Shown: in pieces, positions 40,773 through 53,080 of the stretch
How the letters are laid out: each line of letters starts with the position of its first letter
Position numbering within the stretch: the first letter of the stretch is position 1
Assembly: GCF_006345805.1 (NCBI RefSeq)
Contig: NC_042999.1
Span: forward strand, 79,918,001 to 79,982,000
DNA: 64,000 bases
Source of the DNA: Octopus sinensis
Lineage: Eukaryota
Direction: 5' to 3'
Notes under the pieces: generated by a model
The model's input: only the letters and a program-made list of their open reading frames with translations
Database searches by the model: none
Told to the model about the DNA's origin: nothing
Position numbers and translations under genes: made by a program

Positions 40773-41955
40773 TTGGATGCTAAAACTTGTCTCAAAACAT
40801 GAAAACAAGAAAGCATCATACTCAGTCACAAAACAGGCAAAGGAATATCTAAGTGAATTCCGAATACAACCAATTTCGGAATTAGAGATAGATATACAAG
40901 AAACAAGCACAGAAAAAGCTAGGCGCATGAAAACCCGTGCCAAAACTGCGGCCTTAGATATTCTGAATAATAAATGGCAAGAAAAACCTCTCTATGGCAA
41001 ATACCCAAAGAGAGCGAATAATGCAGATATCGACAAAGCCCTGACCCATCAATGGCTAATGGCCTCTGGCTTAAAATCTGAAACAGAGGGGTTTATCATA
41101 GCAGCTCAAGATCAATGCCTACCAACAAGAAACCTACCAGGCCAACATATTAAAGATCAGAAGCAGTCCAACGTGTCGTGTATGCAAGCAACAAAATGAA
41201 ACCATTGACCATGTGGTCTCCAAGTGCAGTCTTCTAGCGCCTACAGAGTATCTCAACAGGCACGATAGAGCTGCACAATATATTCACTGTGTAATCTGTA
41301 AAAACCTGGATTTGCCCCATGAAAAAAACTGGTGGAACACAACCACCCCCAGTGCTTGAAAATGACCACATCTCACTCCTCTGGAACTTCACCATTCAAA
41401 CTGACAGGAAGATAGATGCAAATAGGCCAGACATCATATTGAAAAACTTCAAACAAAGAACATGCCTCCTCATTGATATGACTGTCCCAATCGATATAAA
41501 CGTATCTGTCAAGACCTACCAAAAACTGAGCAAATATAAAGATCTTGAATAGAAATCAGCAAAATGTGGAAGCTGAAGACTAAAACAATACCTGTTGTCA
41601 TAGGTGCCCTGGGAATGATAGCAAAAGGGGCTGATAGCTACCTAACTCAGATACCAGGAAACCCAAAAATGGCAGAAGTTCAAAAGATAGTGCTCATGGG
41701 AACTGCTCATATCCTACGCAAAATACTCTCTATGTAATCTCAAGGTTTAAAACAAACATAATTTTCGGTTTAAAAAAAAAAAAAAAAAAAAAAAACTTTT
41801 TTTTTTTAGACATTCATTAGTACAACATCCCCACCCCCCAAATATATGGCACACTAGGCATAACAACAACATGAACTTCCAACCCTGTTGTCTCTTGAGG
41901 TCTCTGGGTGAGACTTGGAGCCAACTTGTACAAATATAAAGCAAAAGTCAAACAG
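40771..41955 (+). mobile_element. 5'-truncated R4/Dong-like LINE (CCHC knuckle plus PD-(D/E)xK restriction-like endonuclease)
   Basis: KWQEKPLYGKY..WL..GLKSETEGFIIAAQDQ; CRVC..ETIDHVVSKC; RHDR; NRPDII..LIDMTVP..KYKDLE; PVVIGALG. Flanked by (AAT)n; frameshifts. Confidence 0.92.
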
Positions 41956-41979
41956 AATAATAATAATAATAATATTAAT

Positions 41980-42009
<30 letters not shown>

Positions 42010-42010
<1 letters not shown>

Positions 42011-42381
42011 CCTTCTACTAAAGGCGCAGGGCCTGAAATTTTTGGTATTCCACTGGTACTTAATTTATCACCCCTCCCCATAAATGATGGAAGGTAAAGT
42101 CGACCTCGGCGGAATTTGAACTCAGAACGTAACGACAGGCGAAATACCTATTTCATTACTACCCACAAGGGGCTAAACACAGAGAGGACAAACAAGGACG
42201 GACAAACGGATTAAGTCGATCACATCGACCCCAGTGCGTAGCTGGTACTTAATTTATCGACCCCGAAAGGATGAAAGGCAAAGTCGACCTCGGCGGAATT
42301 TGAACTCAGAACGTAACGGCAGACGAAATACCGCTAAGCTTTTCGTCCGGCGCGCTAAATATTCTGTCGGCTGACCGCCTC
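42010..42381 (-). mobile_element. dimeric MetaSINE-like SINE (family B)
   Basis: GCCTTTCATCCTTTCGGGGTCGATAAATTAAGTACCAG in unit 1; headless unit 2 begins GGTATTTCG at ~42148. Confidence 0.85.
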
Positions 42382-42420
42382 AATAATAATAATAATGATA
42401 ATAATAATAATAATAATAAT

Positions 42421-42974
42421 GCCCTGATGCAGTACCAGGAGGTGGCTCTCATGGCTTCTGATCTTAACTGATTGGAAGTGTTATCATGTACATTGTTTTG
42501 TCTTGGTATAAAAGATGGGCTACAGCAAATATTCTGCTCAATACCACAGATTTGCTTGTCAGTTGTTTGACCTTAACCAGTTGAGCATGTCCCTTAGTGG
42601 CTGACGATATGTGCATCTCTGATAACGAGCAGAAGTAGTGGGGGAGCATCATAGCCATGTGTTGAGAAGGATTCTTTGGGGTTTGAATAATTCACCTCTG
42701 GAAACATGGGTGTTTCGTTCAACGTCCTTAAACAACCCTTATTCAGGGACCTTTTGAGCGGGATGGGTTACTCAATCTGAAGAAAATTCTAACTGGGCTC
42801 CACCTGCAAGGTCATGTGCTGTTTATCTTGATATGAGATCACCATGTCGCGCACATATGGTTGTGATGCATGTGCCTGGTGTACCCTTATCAGACGGGTA
42901 GTCATGATGGGTATACTGGGCTTCGTATATTTTACCCCAGTGTCACTTTGATGGCATGAACTGCTCTCTCACTC
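42421..42974. mobile_element. family C element, longest copy, embedded in (AAT)n
   Basis: Ends GCCCTGATGCAGTACCAGG and CTGCTCTCTCACTC match those of the other copies. Confidence 0.85.
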
Positions 42975-42981
42975 AATAATA

Positions 42982-43058
<77 letters not shown>

Positions 43059-43080
43059 TAATAATAATAATAATTATAAC

Positions 43081-43139
<59 letters not shown>

Positions 43140-43148
43140 TAATAATAT

Positions 43149-43329
43149 TCACAGACAAGACAGAGTTGGGACCTACATACACTGGAAGCTATGCCAACAC
43201 ATTCTATGCAAAACACTTTCAATACAGTAACCATAAGAGCATCACAGCAAACCACTGCTCATACCCACGGCACACAGATCTGCGCTCGGTAGTGAAGTGA
43301 AAGCACACAATAAAAATAAAACTACTGAC

Positions 43330-43330
<1 letters not shown>
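43149..43330 (+). mobile_element. internally deleted R4/Dong-like 3' fragment
   Basis: DRVGTYIHWKLCQH fused to a terminal ..KTLSIQ* and a short 3'UTR; in (AAT)n. Confidence 0.6.
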
Positions 43331-43366
<36 letters not shown>

Positions 43367-43367
<1 letters not shown>

Positions 43368-45136
43368 GCCCTAATACCCCTTACAAGTGAATTAAATAGA
43401 ACAGGGTATGGGTATAAAATTGCCAATAACAAAATAAGCCATCTATTTTATATGGATGACTTAAAACTCTATGGTAAAGACGATAATGAACTTGAAGGCC
43501 TATTGCGCACTGTGAAAGCATTCAGCGATGACATCGGGATGGAGTTTGGGCTTGAGAAGTGTGCCAAGGCCACTTTCCAGAAAGGGAAAGTGAAGACCAC
43601 AAATTCAGTCATAAGAGAGCTTGAGCAAGAACAGACATACCAATATTTAGGGATAAATGAAGGCTCTGGTATTCAGCATGCAAGCATGAAAGAAAAGATC
43701 AGGAAGGAATGTTATAGGAGAGTTCGTGCAGTCCTGAAATCTGAACTAAATGCACGTAACAAGGTGTTAGCTATAAATTCCTTGGAAGTTCCAGTTGTTA
43801 CTTATAGCTACAATGTGTTGAACTGGAATATGAGTGAAGTAAAGAAAATAGATAGGAAAATACACAAGCTGCTGAGTTGTAATAGGATGCACCACCAAAA
43901 GGCAGACGTAGATCGCCTTTACCTTCCCAGAGCCCAAGGAGGTCGAGTCCTGATCCAATTTGAACTAGCTTACAAAACAACCACAATTGGACTGGCCAAA
44001 TATCTCGAAATAACGAATGACTGGATGGTAAAGCTCGTGGAAAATCACGAGAGATGAAAGAAGCTTCATTCTATCATAAAGGAAAGCAAAACTTTGCTAT
44101 TGATCTCGTGCAAGATACCCAAACTGAACAACCCGAGGGAAGTGCGGCAACTATTGTTGCAAAGAAGGGCAAAATAATGGCAACGAAAAAAGCGCACGAG
44201 CAATTGGCTGATAGGTGGGAGGAGAAACCTTTGCACGGCAAATATGCGACCCGCAGCAAACAAGCTGATGTTGACCAGAAGCAAACACATCAGTGGCTAC
44301 GGAGCTCAGGGCTAAAAGCAGAGAGTGACGGTTTCATCCTGGCTGCTCAAGATCAAAGCCTATTAACCCGGAACTACCAGGCCAATGTGATGAAAAATGG
44401 AGCAGACCCAAAATGCCGATTCTGCAACGACATGATTGAAACAGTGGACCACCTGGATGTAAAGTCTTAGGACCAGTGGAGTATAAATTAAGACATGACA
44501 GAGTTGGCCAATATCTACACTGGCTAATAAGTCGGCATTACAATATCTAAACTGCCGACAAGTGGTATAATCACCACCCTGAAGCTGTAACTAAAGGAGA
44601 AAATGTAACGATTCTGTGGGACTTTCCAGTACATACAGACCGAACCATCAAAGCCAATAAACCAGATATTGTTGTGAAAGACAAAAACAATAAAGTTTGC
44701 TTATTGATCGACATGAGCATCCCCTGTGATCATAATATCTCGGCGAAAGAGTTTGACAAGCTCAGAAAATATAAAGACCAGCTCATTGAAATTGAGAAAA
44801 TGTGGCATTTCAAGGCGGTTACAATACCAGTGATCGTAGGAGCACTAGGAATGATCAAGAAGGGAACCGAAAATTATATGAGAATGATCCCTGACTTACC
44901 ATCCCTGCAAGAAGTGCAAAAGATTGTCTTAACTGGTACATCACACGTATTGAGAAGAGCATTGTCGATGTGAGAACTATTACTACTCATGTATTTTAAT
45001 TTAACTTTTAAAAAAATGAACGAACTAGTGAGTTTAGTTTAATGGCCTACCAATGTATACTATGAGTTTATTTGCCCTAGGAGTCGGGAAGACACTCGGC
45101 AAGAAATAGAAGCAAATTTGAAAGAAGAAAAAAAAG
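43367..45136 (+). mobile_element. 5'-truncated R4/Dong-like LINE (RT, CCHC and restriction-like endonuclease)
   Basis: HLFYMDDLKLY..FSDDIGMEFGLEKCA; YLG; RLYLPRAQGG; WEEKPLHGKY; CRFC..ETVDHL; NKPDIVV..LLIDMSIP..KYKDQ; PVIVGALG. (AAT)n flanks; several frameshifts and stops. Confidence 0.95.
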
Positions 45137-45157
45137 ATAATAATAATAATAATAATA

Positions 45158-45251
<94 letters not shown>

Positions 45252-45262
45252 AATAATAATAA

Positions 45263-45293
<31 letters not shown>

Positions 45294-46526
45294 AAGAAGA
45301 AGAAATAAAAGAAGAAGAAGAAGGAGCAGGAGAAGGAGGAAGAGGAGAGGCATGCAGAATAGACAAATAACACCTAAATAAATAAACATGTACAACATTT
45401 AAAACTCCAATATTAATTAATGCTGTTGTTTATATATATATATATATATATATAGCATGCATAAACACAAGCACAAATGCGCATGTATACATATATACAC
45501 CCTCATACACACGAAGTTGTGTGAGCCTGTGTATGTGTGTATGTATACATACGAAGAGTGTATGAAAAGTTTTGAGCGTCAAAAAAAAAAAACATGGTAC
45601 AAGACTTCTGATGAAGGTACAAGACTTCAAGGCTCAAAGGCCTTGAAGACTCAACGCTTTTCATACACCTCTCGTATGTGTGTATATGTGTGTGTGTGTG
45701 TCTGTAAATGTATGTATGTAGAAATAAATATAGTATGTTTTTCTATAACAAATATATATAGGTGTATGTGTGTGTCTACGTACGCGAGTGTCTGCGTGTG
45801 TGTGTGTGGTGTGTGTCTGAGCGTGTGTGGGTCTGCGTGTGTGTCCGTATGTATATGTGTGTGTGTAAACATATATATATATATATATATATATATAAGA
45901 CATACATAGAAATATATACATATATGCATTTACATCTCATGTATGTTCTTATGCACATATATCACATACGTATATAGATATGAATCAACATATTTATATG
46001 CTTGGATTTACATGCGTATGAGTTTGTATATTTCTGCGTGTGTATATATATATATACATATATATGTAATCAAATCTATGGTGGGAGCCATAAATGAGTC
46101 TAATATGATATACTTGACTTCCCTCTGAGAATCTCACACTCAAAATAGTTTTGCAAGAACACAGCAGGTCCCTGTTATGCAACGCGATTGTAGAAACAAA
46201 GAAAATACTCCTATAGGCATCAAACATACATACGTATTTGGTGCAATCTTTGAGAAGATAAAACAATTGTCTTCACAATCATACAAACACACATTCACGC
46301 ACGCATTCACACATAAGCACTTACAGACATCTTCACGCACGCATGCACACACACACACATAGTTTGCCTCTCTCTCTCATATATATATACAAAACAAATT
46401 CTTCCCTATTCACTATTCTTTCCCTTCCTATTTTGATTCTCTCCCCCATCACTCTCTCTCTCTTCCTCTCTCTTCTCTCTCTCTCTTTCTCTTTTCCCAA
46501 ATATATTCATGCAGACACATATTCTT

Positions 46527-46601
<75 letters not shown>

Positions 46602-46685
46602 CTCTTTCTATATATATATATATATATAAATATGCTTATATATACACACATATTTAAATATTATGTATATATATACATATATACA

Positions 46686-46737
<52 letters not shown>

Positions 46738-46867
46738 ATATATATACATATATATATGTATGCGCATGTGTTTGTGTGTGCGTGTGTGTGTATAGTGAGA
46801 GTATGGAGTGAATTACTTTCTCCCTCTCGCGCTGTAATATACACGTATTTATGTGTATATATATATA

Positions 46868-47342
46868 TAGCAGGAATTCTTCGCTTGCATATTTTGAATT
46901 TGTTGGCACTGTCAGTTTGAACGGGTCATCTGAGGTGTTAAGTCGCCAAAAGGGTATGTTCCTACTTTCAGTGTTTCCAAATCCAAATTAAGAAATTTTG
47001 GGCTGACGAAAGAAATGTCGAATTTTATTTTTGCTGATCTAGAAACGTAACGTTCTCAAATAATCTTTGCACTTGTGATTTTTTAATGTTTTTTACCCCC
47101 ATACCTTCGTGGGTTATTCTGAGTAAACACTATCTGAGAGAAATTTTCTTTAAGTATTAGAAATAGGTACAAAAACTTTTTTGGCTGCTATTTCTAATGA
47201 GTTCAGTATGTGGTAAAGTAATTTATTTTACTAAGCCCTTTTATATAATGTAATATTTTGAATTCTCCTTAAATGGTCCTTTTACATACTGAATACTTGG
47301 TGAAATTGATTAATAACTAATTAATTTTACCCTCAATTGTTG

Positions 47343-47347
<5 letters not shown>
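46868..47347 (+). mobile_element. non-coding HHR-bearing repeat (pLTR-like, family D), older copy
   Basis: Diverged reverse complement of 47412..47880; HHR CTGACGA..GAAAC-GTAAC-GTT-CTCA at ~46999-47058; (TA)n flanks. Confidence 0.8.
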
Positions 47348-47411
<64 letters not shown>

Positions 47412-47414
<3 letters not shown>

Positions 47415-48447
47415 TTCAACAATTGAGGGTAAAATTAATTAATTAATCAATTTCACCAAGTATTCAGTATGCAAAGGGACCATTTAAGGCGAATTCAAAT
47501 TATTACATTATATAAAAGGGCTTAGTAAAATAAATTACTTTGCCGCATACTGAACTCATTAGAAATAGCAGCTAAAAAAACTTTTTTAAAACTATTTCCA
47601 ATACTTAAAGAAAACCTCTCTCATATAGTGTTTGCTCAATTCAACTCACGCAAATATGGGGGTAGAGACATTAAAAAATCAAGTGCAAAGGTTATTTGAG
47701 AACGTACGTTTCAAGATTAGTCAAAATTCGACATTTCTATCATCAGCTCAGAACTCCCTGGTTTGGATTTGAAAACACTGAAAGTAGGAGCATACCCTTT
47801 CGGCTTCCTCTCGCTTCCGAAGATCTGCTCGCAACTAACAGTGCCAACAAACTCAAAAATGCAAGCGAAGAATTTCTGCTCTCCCCTTTCCACCAGCGTG
47901 GGTTAAAATCAGTAAACACTATGCTTTTTTCGGTAAAATCCGCGGCATTATATAGAGAGAGATGAATTATAATTTCAACAATTGAGGGTAAAATTAATTA
48001 ATTAATCAATTTCACCAAGTATTCAGTATGCAAAGGGACCATTTAAGGCGAATTCAAATTATTACATTATATAAAAGGGCTTAGTAAAATAAATTACTTT
48101 GCCGCATACTGAACTCATTAGAAATAGCAGCTAAAAAAACTTTTAGTTGCGAGCAGATCTTCGGAAGCGAGAGGAAGCCGAAAGGGTATGCTCCTACTTT
48201 CAGTGTTTTCAAATCCAAGCTGATGATAGAAATGTCGAATTTTGACTAATCTTGAAACGTACGTTCTCAAATAACCTTTGCACTTGATTTTTTAATGTCT
48301 CTACCCCCATATTTGCGTGAGTTGAATTGAGCAAACACTATATGAGAGAGGTTTTCTTTAAGTATTGGAAATAGTTTTAAAAAAGTTTTTTTAGCTGCTA
48401 TTTCTAATGAGTTCAGTATGCGGCAAAGTAATTTATTTTACTAAGCC

Positions 48448-48452
<5 letters not shown>
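47412..48452. mobile_element. young rearranged family D element (inverted, partial tandem and re-inverted segments) between (TA)n tracts
   Basis: 47412-47585 is essentially identical to 47971-48143; 48144-48452 is the reverse complement of ~47513-47837 with a short deletion. HHRs at 47697-47750 (-) and 48217-48269 (+). Confidence 0.85.
47697..47750 (-). ncRNA. minimal hammerhead ribozyme
   Basis: TGAG-CTGATGA-TAGA..TCTT-GAAAC-GTAC-GTT-CTCA. Stem I TGAG/CTCA; palindromic stem III AACGTACGTT. Confidence 0.78.
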
Positions 48453-48509
<57 letters not shown>

Positions 48510-48937
48510 CATATATACATACACACACACACAAGTATATAAATTTATGCATATATGATATCGTATAAATATGCATATGTCTACTTCACCTAGTTCTTTA
48601 ATGTATGGATGTTTTGTGCTTATATGCAAATAAGCTATAGTTAACGTGAAGTAAGTATTCCACTCCATAATCTAAATACTGCATGCATTGTCAAAAAGTA
48701 TAGGCGGTTCTGATCTGGGGCTTTTGAAGTGCCTTTGCTATTTTTATGTGAGTTTATAAAAACCCTAAGTATATATGTACATGTAAGTATATATTTGCAA
48801 TAAAGTATGTATGTGACTTATACTGGTATGAAGTATTTAGTGAAAGCTGTACCAGACGTCTTCAATATGTCTGGTTTCAATATATGTAACTGGTTTCACG
48901 CTTGAAATGAAAAACGAAAGAGGGGAAAGAAAAAGGG

Positions 48938-48974
48938 CTTTAACGTTTCAGACAGAGAGTCCGTCATCAGAACA
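48938..48974 (-). ncRNA. minimal hammerhead ribozyme motif
   Basis: TT-CTGATGA-C-GGAC-TCTCT-GTCT-GAAAC-GTT-AAAG; loopless AACGTT stem III; weak stem I. Confidence 0.7.
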
Positions 48975-49412
48975 ACGAAAAAGCGCGAAGTGTGATGTCT
49001 ATGAAGGAAGAGATGGAAAATGCTGTTAGATGCTGGATGAGAATGTTTTATGGGAAGGAATTAAGAAAAGAAAAAGAAGCATGGAGTTGCGTGCATATAA
49101 AATATAGTATATATACGGGGAGATTGGAATAATGGGAGAGGTGTGAGTGGTGTTGGATGCAAGTGAATGACTGGAGGTGAGTGGAGTTGAATGAAATATG
49201 AATGTGACAAGTTGAGGGAGAGGCGAGAAAGCAGAAAAAACTGAGGAAATTTTAGTAAAATAGTGAAAAAGTTGCAGCCAAAATTTAAAGCAAGTACAAA
49301 TGCGGAGGAAAGTTTGCAAAATAGATAAAAGTGAAAAATAATAAGTCGAAAAATATAAGGTATATATTACTAAGATATAGATGAACTGGAAAGTGTAAGA
49401 TGTATATAATAT

Positions 49413-49447
<35 letters not shown>

Positions 49448-49492
49448 TTAAGTCTCTATGTATGTATGTATGAATGAATCTATATATTATAT

Positions 49493-49523
<31 letters not shown>

Positions 49524-49546
49524 AATACACATATATAAATTTATAG

Positions 49547-49655
49547 ATAACGAGAGAAATGTAGTCAGATAAAAAATTATTTAACCATTGGAAATTCTTT
49601 ATTATATAAGGATTTCCAATGGTTAAACAAATCTTATACTATATTTCTCCCGTTA
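49547..49655. repeat. short AT-rich palindrome
   Basis: ATAACGAGAGAAATGTAGT..TTTAACCATTGGAAATTCTT versus AAGGATTTCCAATGGTTAAA..ACTATATTTCTCCCGTTAT. Confidence 0.75.
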
Positions 49656-49788
49656 TTTATAGTTATACACTCCTTATGGTTTTCTCTTGTATCGTACTAT
49701 ATATTCTATATGATTTTTTGAATGATATATTATGGAGTTCTCTTTATGTTTACCTCCTTCTAAGTTCACTCCATATATTGGGGCCTAA

Positions 49789-49833
<45 letters not shown>

Positions 49834-50084
49834 GTTGATAGGTGGGAACTAGATAAGTTCAGGGTAGAAAACGAACATATTACTGTTCCAATGAATGGAA
49901 TGTGAACTTAAAATGCGGTTTCTTCATCCAGGGCAAGGCCCACAGTTTCAAGAGTGGCCATAAAAGAAATCCAAATCCAATGGATGTGGAGATAGTACTG
50001 AAGATCTACACAGTCAGGCTTGACATGTAGATATAATTAAATAGAGCACAATATATACAGAATAAAATATATAGGAATTATTTA

Positions 50085-50336
50085 ATGTCTTAACTGGACA
50101 GCACTTTCAGGAAGCCAAGAATTACGTCATAATCATGAGTATGCAACAGGTCATATGAAGATACTAATGAGCCAGTCTCACCTCTTCAAAAGGAAAATGG
50201 CAAATGCATTTGTCATTGTTCTCTTGACGATATTGTAATATCATCATGTTCCTGGTCACCGGCTGCATACTCATGACTTGCAAATTATGATTAAAACGTA
50301 GCTCTTGTTTTCCTGAAACAGCTGTCGAGTTAAGAC
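50085..50336. repeat. inverted repeat pair with decayed HHR 3' half
   Basis: GTCTTAACTGGACAGCACTTTCAGG..CATGAGTATGC versus GCATACTCATG..CCTGAAAC-AGCT-GTC-GAGTTAAGAC. Confidence 0.55.
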
Positions 50337-51199
50337 GCGACATAATTGTTTTAGATTTTATTGTGTTTATTGTGCTCCATGTAAATATCAAGCATAACTA
50401 TTTTAATCTGCATTATTACCTCTCCTTCGGACATGGAACTAACAACCGAATTAGGATCATGCTGCAGAAGCCTGCTTCTGTCGTATATGTTAGGGTTTTC
50501 TGATACGACAAATTTATACAGAAGTGTAAATCACTGTACAGCCTCTTTGTGTCACCTACTTATGAAGGTACGGTAATTCTCAATCGGCTACACTGTTTGT
50601 CACCACTTGCACGAAAACAGTTGAATTTGCTAAGATTTAAGGAATTGGCTTTAAAACTCAATGTGCCAAATCTTAATAAAATCATACTTGCAAAGTTAAG
50701 TCAGATAACGCCAGAAGATATTTCTTTCATCATATCGGGTATCTATAATAGGAAACAATGTATATAATGAATGCGAAAAACAGGCATAATAATTAATTCA
50801 TTAAATGTTCATTTATCATATGTAAACGATGAATGAAATGAAATTTACTTTCGAATTAAAACGATACGGGTTCATCTTAAACATATTTTACGCAAACGTA
50901 ATCATGATTATGAACTCTGGAGATGCTTGTTGTTCTGAACCTTTGTCGTAACGAACACTGTAGCAGTGCTAAAATGTAGATACCTTCGTCAGAAAGTGGC
51001 ACAGAGAGAGTGTACAGCAGCTTACCTTTTCTATATAGTCTTATCGTTTAAGAAAAACCGAACAGATATGACACGAGCAGGCAAGACCTTGAATAAACAA
51101 CAACAATATTAATGAGGATGATGATGATGATCCTCCTCTCATCATCATCATCATCATCATCATAGAAAACAAGGAAACCACAGCAATGTCAATGGTAAT

Positions 51200-51414
51200 A
51201 ATTGTTTCAAATTTTGGTCCTAGGCCAATATTTTGAAGGCAGGACAATTGGCTATACTATGAACCCTCGTGCGTCGCTGGTACTTTATTTCATCAACTCC
51301 AGAGGGATTAAAGGCACAGTTAATATCAGTGGAATTTGAACTAAAAGCATTATGCTTGGAAGAAATACCTAGGCATTTCGTCCGACGCGTTAGCAACCCT
51401 ATTCGCTCGCAACC

Positions 51415-51417
<3 letters not shown>
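51200..51417 (-). mobile_element. family B SINE, old
   Basis: GCTAACGCGTCGGACGAAATGCC..AGTTCAAATTCCAC..GCCTTTAATCCCTCTGGAGTTGATGAAATAAAGTACCAG. Confidence 0.65.
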
Positions 51418-51503
<86 letters not shown>

Positions 51504-51734
51504 GTAGATGGGGAGCAGAAGGAGCAAGAGGAGGAGGATGAAGATACTAATTATGATGACGATTATAATAATACATGTATATATCTTTATGTGTGTGTGT
51601 GTGTGCGTGTGTGTACATATGTGTGTATATATATATATATAAATATATGTATATAAATATATCCATGTATATATATAAACGCACAAACACACACACATAC
51701 ATACACATATATATTTAGATATATATATATATAG

Positions 51735-51768
<34 letters not shown>

Positions 51769-52619
51769 GTATACACACACATAGATAAATGAGTGTATAT
51801 ATATATATTTGTATATATGGATGTATGCGCGTGCGTTTAAGTGTGTGTGCACGTATGTGTGGTTGTGTGTGTAAAATTTTGTTTGTGTAAAAATAGGGAG
51901 TTACAATTCTTGAGGCATATCTCCTAAAAAAAACATGATAACGTTTTAATGTATTTTTCATATGCTGTTTATGTGACCTGGTATTCGAAAGAATTGTATT
52001 TACGTAATAAATTGTAAATCTTTTACGATTTCATGTATGCGTGTATGCACGTGTGGGAGTATCGTTGTTGACATATATATGTGCATGCCTTTATGTTTGT
52101 GCAAGTATGTGGATGCATGTGTTGGCGATGTAAGTAAATGCGTTATTTAACGTTAATGCATGTCTTTCATGTTATTCTATCATTACATGTTATGATTATC
52201 CTGTTGGCCGTGTGATTTTGATTGGATGCTATTTCTTGCGTATGTATCTGAATGTATGTGTTTACTCATTTGAGTGTATGCGAGTATGCGTGTATGCGTG
52301 TGCATGTGTGTGTTTGAATTTATGAGTGCCTGCGTGTGGAGGCTTATTCGTGTGTGCATGCAATAGTAGGTGAGCATGTGTGTGTATGCATGCATGTGCG
52401 CGCGAGTGAGTGTGCACACGTGTCGGCTAATAGCTTGTTTTATGAAAGGTTGACAACATGCATGTTTACTTTGAAAAGATATGCTGCATTAATTATCGGC
52501 TCCACATACATATACTTACTTTGCTTAATAGTAAGTCAGTAAACACATGCGCACACAAATACACACTCACATGCACACACACTCACACAAATACACGCAT
52601 GCTCGCAAACACACACTAA

Positions 52620-52659
52620 GTATGTATATATGTATATATATATATATATATATACGTAT

Positions 52660-52693
<34 letters not shown>

Positions 52694-53080
52694 TACATAT
52701 ATATATATAATATGTATATATATATATATTATACATATATATACATATGTGTATATATATACATATATATATATATAAATATGTATATATATATATATAT
52801 ATACATATATATATACATATGTGTATATATATATATATATATATAACATACATATACATATATAAATATATATATATACACACACTTATGCATATATACA
52901 TATATATATATACATATGCAAATACATACTCACACACATATTCAAATACACACACACATATATATATACACACATATTCAAATACACACATATACATATA
53001 TTATGTACACACGCACACACACATGCAATTATTCACACACAAACACACACACACACGCACACACTCACACGCACGTGTAT
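52620..53080. repeat. (TA)n/(CA)n compound microsatellite
   Basis: Direct inspection. Confidence 0.95.

Noticed and set aside
42421-42475. U2 snRNA-like words on the minus strand of family C (ATCAGTTAAGATCAGA, CCTGGTACTGCA)
   Set aside because: Two short imperfect matches without the intervening U2 sequence or Sm site; likely chance.
45552-45675. CTGATGAAGG within a small inverted repeat
   Set aside because: No GAAA half or cleavage triplet found.
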